DNA of 64,000 nt, taken from the NCBI GenBank assembly GCA_963813155.1, contig CAWEYG010000005.1:160001-224000 (forward strand), in the 5' to 3' direction. The notes below the pieces were generated by a model, which saw nothing but the letters and a program-made list of their open reading frames with translations, did not search any database and was not told the origin of the DNA. Position 1 is the stretch's first letter, and every line of letters starts with the position of its first letter. Source of the stretch: an uncultured Acidobacteriota bacterium (GTDB taxonomy: Bacteria; Acidobacteriota; Thermoanaerobaculia; UBA5066; DATFVB01). Positions 58,584 through 64,000 of this stretch are shown one piece after another. Both the position numbers and the translations under genes were made by a program.

Positions 58584-59766
58584 TCAAGCGCCGGTCAAAC
58601 TGTCGCCGACGGTTCGTGCGGAGGCTTCGAGGACGAGCGTTCCGATCGCGAGAGCCCTCTCGTCGAAATCGAAGACGGGGGAGTGGTGGGGCCGGTGCGG
58701 GCCCTCGAGGGCGGACCCGACGAAGAAGAAACAACCCGGGACCCGGTCGAGGTAGACCGACATGTCCTCTCCCCCCATCGTCCGGGTCTCGACGATCGAA
58801 CCGGGCCCGAGGACGCGCTCGACGGACTCCGCGACGAGAGCGGCGATGCCGGAATCGTTGACGGTCGCGCGGTTGATGCGCCGGTAGTCCACGCGGCACG
58901 AGAGGCCGTGCGCGGACGCGACGCCGTTCGCGATGCGCGCGATCTTCTCCGGGATCGCAGCGGAAGGCATCCTCGGAAAAGGAGCGCGCCGTCCCGAGGA
59001 GGCGGACTTCTTTCGGAATGATGTTGAAGGCGGAGCCGCCGTGGACGGACCCGATCGTGACGACGGCCGGGTCGAACGGCGAAATTTCCCGGGCGACGAT
59101 GCCCTGAAGCGCGTCGATCAGTCGCGCGGACGCGACGATCGGGTCGAACGTCTCGTGCGGCGCGGCCCCGTGCCCCCCGGGGCCGGAAAGGACGATCTCG
59201 AACTCGTCGACGGCGGCCATCTGCGGGCCTGCGACGAGACCGATCTTTCCGACGGGAAGCTGGTTCCAGAGGTGGATGCCGAGCGCCGCGCCGACCCCTT
59301 CGAGAACGCCGTCCGCGGCCATCGCTTCCGCCCCTCCTCCGCCTTCTTCCGCCGGCTGAAAGAGCGAGCGGATCGCGGCCCGGGAGGGAGCCGCGAACAG
59401 GCGCCGCGCCACCGCGAGGCCGATCGCGACGTGTCCGTCGTGGCCGCAGGCGTGCATGCGGCCGGTCTCTTCCGAGGCGTAGGGAACGTCGTTCTCCTCC
59501 TTCAAGGGCAGCGCGTCCATGTCGGCGCGGATCATCAGCCTCGGCGTTCCGGCCGGCCCGAAGTCGCACGTGACGCCGGTTCTCCCGATCCCCTCGCGGG
59601 GCGACAGGCCGATCGAGCGAATTTCCCGGCAGACGACCGACGCCGTTCGGGTTTCCGAAAACGCGAGCTCGGGATGCCGGTGGAGATCTCTCCGGATCGC
59701 GACGAGCGAGGCGAGCTCCGGCTCGGGAAAGGATTCCGGCGCCGTTCCGGGCATGCGGGCGATCAT
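58584..59766 (-). CDS. M20 family amidohydrolase (frameshifted near 58960)
   Basis: RRDLHRHPELAF, RADMDALP, MHACGHDGH, FQPAEE, GGHGAAPH. The C-terminus (GGEDM..HHSPVFDFDE) is in the adjacent frame. Confidence 0.88.
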
Positions 59767-60155
59767 AGCTCTCCCTCGAGCCGCTCGATCTTGCCGCGCA
59801 GCTCCTCGGAAAACGGCCTCTTCGCGCCGGCATTCCAGTCCCACAGGACCTGCGTGCTGCGGGCTTCGGCGACGAGCTCGCCGCCGCGCGTGAGCCGGTA
59901 GGAAAAATCGAAGGACGTCTTCCCGATGCGCGTGCAGCGGATCTCGACCTCGAGGAGATCGCCCATGTACGCCGGCCGGCGGTACTCGATCGAAGCGCTC
60001 GCCATGATGAACCCGATGTCGAGGATGCTCCGCAGACCGATGAGGCGGTCCCAGTACTTCTGCCGCGCGTACTCGCAGTAGCTGAAGTAGACGGCGTTGT
60101 TGAGGTGCCCCATGGCATCGATGTCGCGGTAGGGAACTTCGACAGAGACTTTCAA
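59763..60155 (-). CDS. Acyl-CoA thioesterase (4HBT/YbgC family)
   Basis: YRDIDAMGHLNNAVYFSYCEYAR, IGKTSF. Confidence 0.9.
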   Translation of the reverse strand: MKVSVEVPYRDIDAMGHLNNAVYFSYCEYARQKYWDRLIGLRSILDIGFIMASASIEYRRPAYMGDLLEVEIRCTRIGKTSFDFSYRLTRGGELVAEARSTQVLWDWNAGAKRPFSEELRGKIERLEGEL

Positions 60156-61315
60156 ATGCTCTCCTGCGCGGCCGGTTTTGCGGAGACGGCCCAGACCGCG
60201 AGCGCGCCCGCCGACGCCGCGACGAGCGCCCCCGTCCACTGCGGACCCTTCGGCCCGAAGCGGAAATACGCGTACTCGCCCCAGAGGGGGCCGAGGATTC
60301 TTCCCAGCGACGACATCGACTGGTAGGCGCCCAGGACCGTTCCGCGCTCCCGGCTCCCGGAGAGCCGGGAAATGAAGGACGAGAGCGCCGGGTTCGCGGC
60401 GCCGATTCCGAGCGTCAGGGGGACGAGCACGAAGCGCAGAGCGCCCGGCGTTCCCGAGAGCGGCATCAGGAAAAGCCCGAGCGCGACGAACAGAATGCCC
60501 GCGACGGCGAGCACGGGTTCGCCGAAGCGCCGGGAGAGGGGGCGAATCGCGCCGCCCTGCACGAGCGAGATCAACACGCCGATGTACACGAAGAAAAACG
60601 CGACAGCCGTCGGCGTCGCTCCTATCCGGTCGTGCAGGAACTGCGAAAACGTCGCCTCGAAGTTCGAAAACGCGAACGTCACGAGGAAAAAGACCGCGAG
60701 GACGAGAAGAATCCGGCGATCGCGGATCGCCTGGAAAATGCCGCGGCGGCTTGCCCGCGCGGGGCCCGAGTGCTCGGGCTCGCGGAGAAAGAACGCGGTT
60801 GCGAGCAGCGCGCAGGCCGATAGGGCCGCGGCCGCGAGGCCGGGGGCCGCGGGTCCCCACAGGACCGTCACGCCCGCGATCGCGGGGCCGAAGATGAATC
60901 CCAGGCCGAACGCGGCTCCCACCACCCCCATTCCCTTCGCGCGATCCTCCGGCTTCGTCACGTCGGCGACGTAGGCCTGCGCCGTCGAGATGTTGCCGCC
61001 GGAGATTCCGTCGATGATTCGCGCGGCGAAGAGGGCGGCGAGCGAGCCGGCGAAAGCGAACAGCACGTAGCCCGCGACCGAGCCCGCGAGAGAGACGAGC
61101 AACACCGGTTTTCGGCCGAACCGGTCGGACAGGCGTCCGAGGACGGGAGCGAACAGAAACTGCATGGCGGAAAACGACGAAAGCAGGAGCCCGAACTCGA
61201 GCGCCGAGGGGTGGTACCTCTCGGCATAGAGGGGAAGGAGCGGAATCACGATCCCGAACCCCAGCAGGTCGATGAAGACGATCGCGAAGATCGTCGCGAG
61301 GGGGCGGGATTTCAC
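60152..61315 (-). CDS. MFS transporter (TetA/DHA1-like)
   Basis: DLLGFGIVIPLLP, GRLSDRFGRKPVL, AQAYVADVT, GLGFIFGPAI. Confidence 0.92.
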   Translation of the reverse strand: MKSRPLATIFAIVFIDLLGFGIVIPLLPLYAERYHPSALEFGLLLSSFSAMQFLFAPVLGRLSDRFGRKPVLLVSLAGSVAGYVLFAFAGSLAALFAARIIDGISGGNISTAQAYVADVTKPEDRAKGMGVVGAAFGLGFIFGPAIAGVTVLWGPAAPGLAAAALSACALLATAFFLREPEHSGPARASRRGIFQAIRDRRILLVLAVFFLVTFAFSNFEATFSQFLHDRIGATPTAVAFFFVYIGVLISLVQGGAIRPLSRRFGEPVLAVAGILFVALGLFLMPLSGTPGALRFVLVPLTLGIGAANPALSSFISRLSGSRERGTVLGAYQSMSSLGRILGPLWGEYAYFRFGPKGPQWTGALVAASAGALAVWAVSAKPAAQESI

Positions 61316-61387
61316 GCGTTCAATCTACCGGAGAGGGGAGAGGTTGGCAAAGCGGGGATAAGATCACCGCTTCAGAAGGGGGTTCCC

Positions 61388-61636
61388 ATGGAAGATTTCT
61401 TGGATCCCGAAATTCCCGCCGGCGCGGCGAATGCCCCCGGCGAAGACTCGTCGCTCTGGGAAGAGGCGAAGTCGCGAAGCCGGATGGCGGGCGAGCGGAT
61501 CGGCCAGGAATGGGAGCGTCTGTCCGAGGGCGCTCAGGAATACGCGGACGAGCACTCCGTGGGCGTCGCGTTCGGCTCGTTCGGCGTCGGAATCGCCCTC
61601 GGGGTCCTGATCGGGATTCTCGTCGCCCGGGATTAG
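61388..61636 (+). CDS. ElaB/YqjD (DUF883)-like tail-anchored small protein
   Basis: Acidic helical region followed by a Gly-rich C-terminal TM helix (GVGIALGVLIGILVARD). Confidence 0.6.
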   Translation: MEDFLDPEIPAGAANAPGEDSSLWEEAKSRSRMAGERIGQEWERLSEGAQEYADEHSVGVAFGSFGVGIALGVLIGILVARD

Positions 61637-61980
61637 CGAACCGGCTCGATTTTCACGAGCCGGATCTTCCCCGATTCCTTCTCCAGCGTTCCCAGGATCC
61701 GGACGAGACGATTCGCGAAACGGCGAGCCGCCTTCTGATCGTCGATCTGGTAGACGTCTCCGGTCGTGTGGTCGGCGAGGACGTATTCCTGCTTGTATTT
61801 TTCGCAGCACTCCCGCGTGCACACGAGGTCGTTGGGAAGATGGTGCTGCTTCTTCATGCGCGCGTGGTCGAGGCCGCATTCGCTGTCGGAGACGATGCCG
61901 GAAAACAGCGCCGGGGCGTCGGCCGCGCGCGCGAGCGTTGCGGACAACAACAGAACGAGGGCAGGGCGAAGAGTCCTCAC
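61633..61980 (-). CDS. Small secreted Cys/His-motif protein (DUF5818-like)
   Basis: Signal peptide; GIVSDSECGLDH..CTRECC..YVL..VYQIDDQ..VRILGT, same pattern as 33246-33599. Confidence 0.7.
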   Translation of the reverse strand: MRTLRPALVLLLSATLARAADAPALFSGIVSDSECGLDHARMKKQHHLPNDLVCTRECCEKYKQEYVLADHTTGDVYQIDDQKAARRFANRLVRILGTLEKESGKIRLVKIEPVR

Positions 61981-62402
61981 GGAACCGTCTCCCCTTCGCA
62001 CTCCGGGCAGGGCGCCCACATCTCGCCGTCGGGGGGGATCGGGTGCGCTTTCGTCTCGAGCCGGCCGAACGCGCCTCCCTTGATGTGCCACAGGTAGCAT
62101 TCGTGGCGGAAGCTCTCGAGTGGGGTCGCCGCGACCGTCCAGCCGAATAGCACGTTCTCGCAATCGGGCCCGCACCGCGCGATCAGGGCCTTGCGCAGGT
62201 CGCGCTCGTCGCGGCCCACGGATTCGCGGATTCCGCCGCGCGGCAGAACTTCCTTCAGGTAGAAGGCCCCGGGCAGCTGCGCGACGACGCAGCGGCGGAC
62301 GATCTTCTCCGCGAGCCGCTGCGCCTGGTAGATGACGACTTCTTCTTCCAGGCCGGGGAAGAGCGACGCCTGCAGAAACGGCTCGGAGACGGCCGCCTTC
62401 AA
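61977..62402 (-). CDS. Hypothetical protein with Cys motifs
   Basis: 4-nt overlaps with both neighbours; CGPDC and C-terminal CPEC. Confidence 0.55.
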   Translation of the reverse strand: MKAAVSEPFLQASLFPGLEEEVVIYQAQRLAEKIVRRCVVAQLPGAFYLKEVLPRGGIRESVGRDERDLRKALIARCGPDCENVLFGWTVAATPLESFRHECYLWHIKGGAFGRLETKAHPIPPDGEMWAPCPECEGETVP

Positions 62403-62671
62403 GGTTCGCCGACCGCGCGCAGGGCCTTTCGCCGGACCCGGCCCTCGGGAGAGAGCGCGATCGCCTCGCCGCAGCCGGCGCAGTCGAACTCCGGAGACAG
62501 GGCCAGCAGCGACGTGTCGACGCACAGGATCGCGCCGCAGTCGGGGCAGGAGACCTCGAAGAACTCGCCCAATTCCGAAAAGCGCGAGTGGGGAACCTTG
62601 TCGGCGCTCCCATGTCGCAGGGCATAGGGAGGCGCTTCGAACGGTCGGGTTCGGTTCATCGGATCCTCCAT
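62399..62671 (-). CDS. Small zinc-ribbon protein
   Basis: CPDCG...CAGCG; start uncertain (62659, 62671 or 62755). Confidence 0.55.
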   Translation of the reverse strand: MEDPMNRTRPFEAPPYALRHGSADKVPHSRFSELGEFFEVSCPDCGAILCVDTSLLALSPEFDCAGCGEAIALSPEGRVRRKALRAVGEP

Positions 62672-62789
62672 TTTCGAAAATGAGGGCTCGCCCGCAAGAT
62701 TGAGGGGAGAGCGGCTTGGAAAGATCGCCTCGAGCTCCGGGAGGTGCGGATTCATGCCGTTGATCCTCTCGAACGCGACAGCTCGTGTG

Positions 62790-64000
62790 TCAGTTCATTG
62801 TAGAACCCTCGCCGGAAAATCGCAACGAAAAACGTTCCAGGCTTGCCGACATTCGCGCCCCGAGCACGAGGAAGAGGAGGGGAACCAGAGCGATCGTCAC
62901 GCGCGCGAAAGTGAAATCGGCGAAGCGAGCCGCGTCGGTCCACGCCGAGGCCGCCGGGGCGACGGCGTAAAGGGCGATCATCGCGCCCAGGGGGACGAGG
63001 AGCGGGTCCGCGAGCGACCGGCGCGTCGCGAGGAGGACGAAAGCGACGCCGAGGATCGCCGGGAGCGCCGGAAGGACGACCGAATGCAGCAGGCCGACGG
63101 CGGTCTCCTGGAGCCGCTGAAGGAAAACGGCTCCTCCCCTTTGAGCGATCAGCGACCAGCGGAAGGCCGCTGTCGGAGGCCGCTCCCCGGATCGCCCGCA
63201 GCAAGGCCTGGTGGAGGACCGGGACCGCGGCGAATATGGCCGCGGCGGTGACGGAGCTCCGCCCCCGGTCGCGGATCCAAACCCACGCGGCCGCGGCCGC
63301 AAGGAGCAGGAGAAACACCGCGCCTTCCTTTTTGAGGCTGCAGCAGAAGAGCGCGGAGAGGAGGAGCGGCCGCGCTCTCGCCGAACCCGGCGCGTCGAGG
63401 GCGTCGAGAAGGGCAGACCCCGCCAGGACGAAGCCGAGCGCCATCGGGATGTCGGCGAGGCCGACGAGAAAGCTCTGGTACAGCGGGAAAAATCCGGCCG
63501 TCAGCACCGTGCCCGCGGCGGCCGCCGCCGGCCCGCAGCGCCGCTTCAGGAATCCCCACGTCAGGAGGAGGGTCGCGAGCTCGAAGGCGGGGTACAGAAG
63601 CGCGAGGGCCTGCGAGTCCCACCCGCCCGCGAGGGTCGACAGCGCCGAAAAGAGCAGGGACAGCAGAAACGGGTAGGACGGGTGAACGAAAGCGAGCTCG
63701 GGATCGTGGAAAAAGCGCGGCGGTAAACCTCCGGAGAGGTAGAGCATCTTCCCCTTGAGACCCCAGATGGCGACGAAGTCCCAGGCCCACATCGGCTCGG
63801 AGAGCGCGTTCACGCTGAAAAGGACGAGGCCGCCGAGAGCGAGAATCCCGGCCGCCGTCGCGATCCGGCTCGGGGCGCCGGCGGTTCGCGGCGCCTTTGG
63901 AGCGCGGTCGCGGAAGGCCAGGGCCAGGGCGGCGAGAATCGTCCAGAGCTTCCAGGGGGCTGCCCGCAGGCCGAAGAGGAGGACGATTGCCTGCGCGCCG
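62790..64000 (-). CDS. Polytopic membrane protein, GT-C/PMT-like (5' end outside window; frameshift near 63170)
   Basis: WDFVAIWGLKGK, HPSYPFL, ADIPMA, KKEG motifs; hydrophobic C-terminus continues in the adjacent frame. Confidence 0.65.

Overview
High-GC bacterial chromosomal window. Gene content (ADOP-type ABC permease with its PadR, mglAB after recR, MqnD, many secreted beta-propeller proteins) suggests Acidobacteriota, possibly Thermoanaerobaculia; this is inference. Most of it is housekeeping: the mreBCD-mrdA-rodA operon, ppiD-ruvAB, a fused E1 alpha/beta 2-oxoacid dehydrogenase, tRNA-Ser-ffs-dnaX-ybaB-recR-mglBA, and mfd with two SurA-like PPIases. The main anomaly is at 23.7-30.5 kb, a more AT-rich cluster of secreted BNR/VPS10 beta-propeller genes around tRNA-Pro(TGG). 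It holds two extra copies of the tRNA 3' half, each split exactly in the T-loop by the same ~70-nt double-hairpin insert, plus short tandem GAGTTCA motifs; no integrase is present in the window. Other notable items: a stand-alone transcription unit with a long structured leader encoding a 20-aa Lys-rich micro-protein (41.0-41.3 kb), a cyclophilin fused to a PHM-like copper monooxygenase fold, an IS30 element inserted in a REP palindrome that supplies its stop codon, and many apparently leaderless promoters. Several single-base frameshifts probably reflect sequencing error. No CRISPR array was seen. All family assignments come from motif recognition by eye, not database searches.
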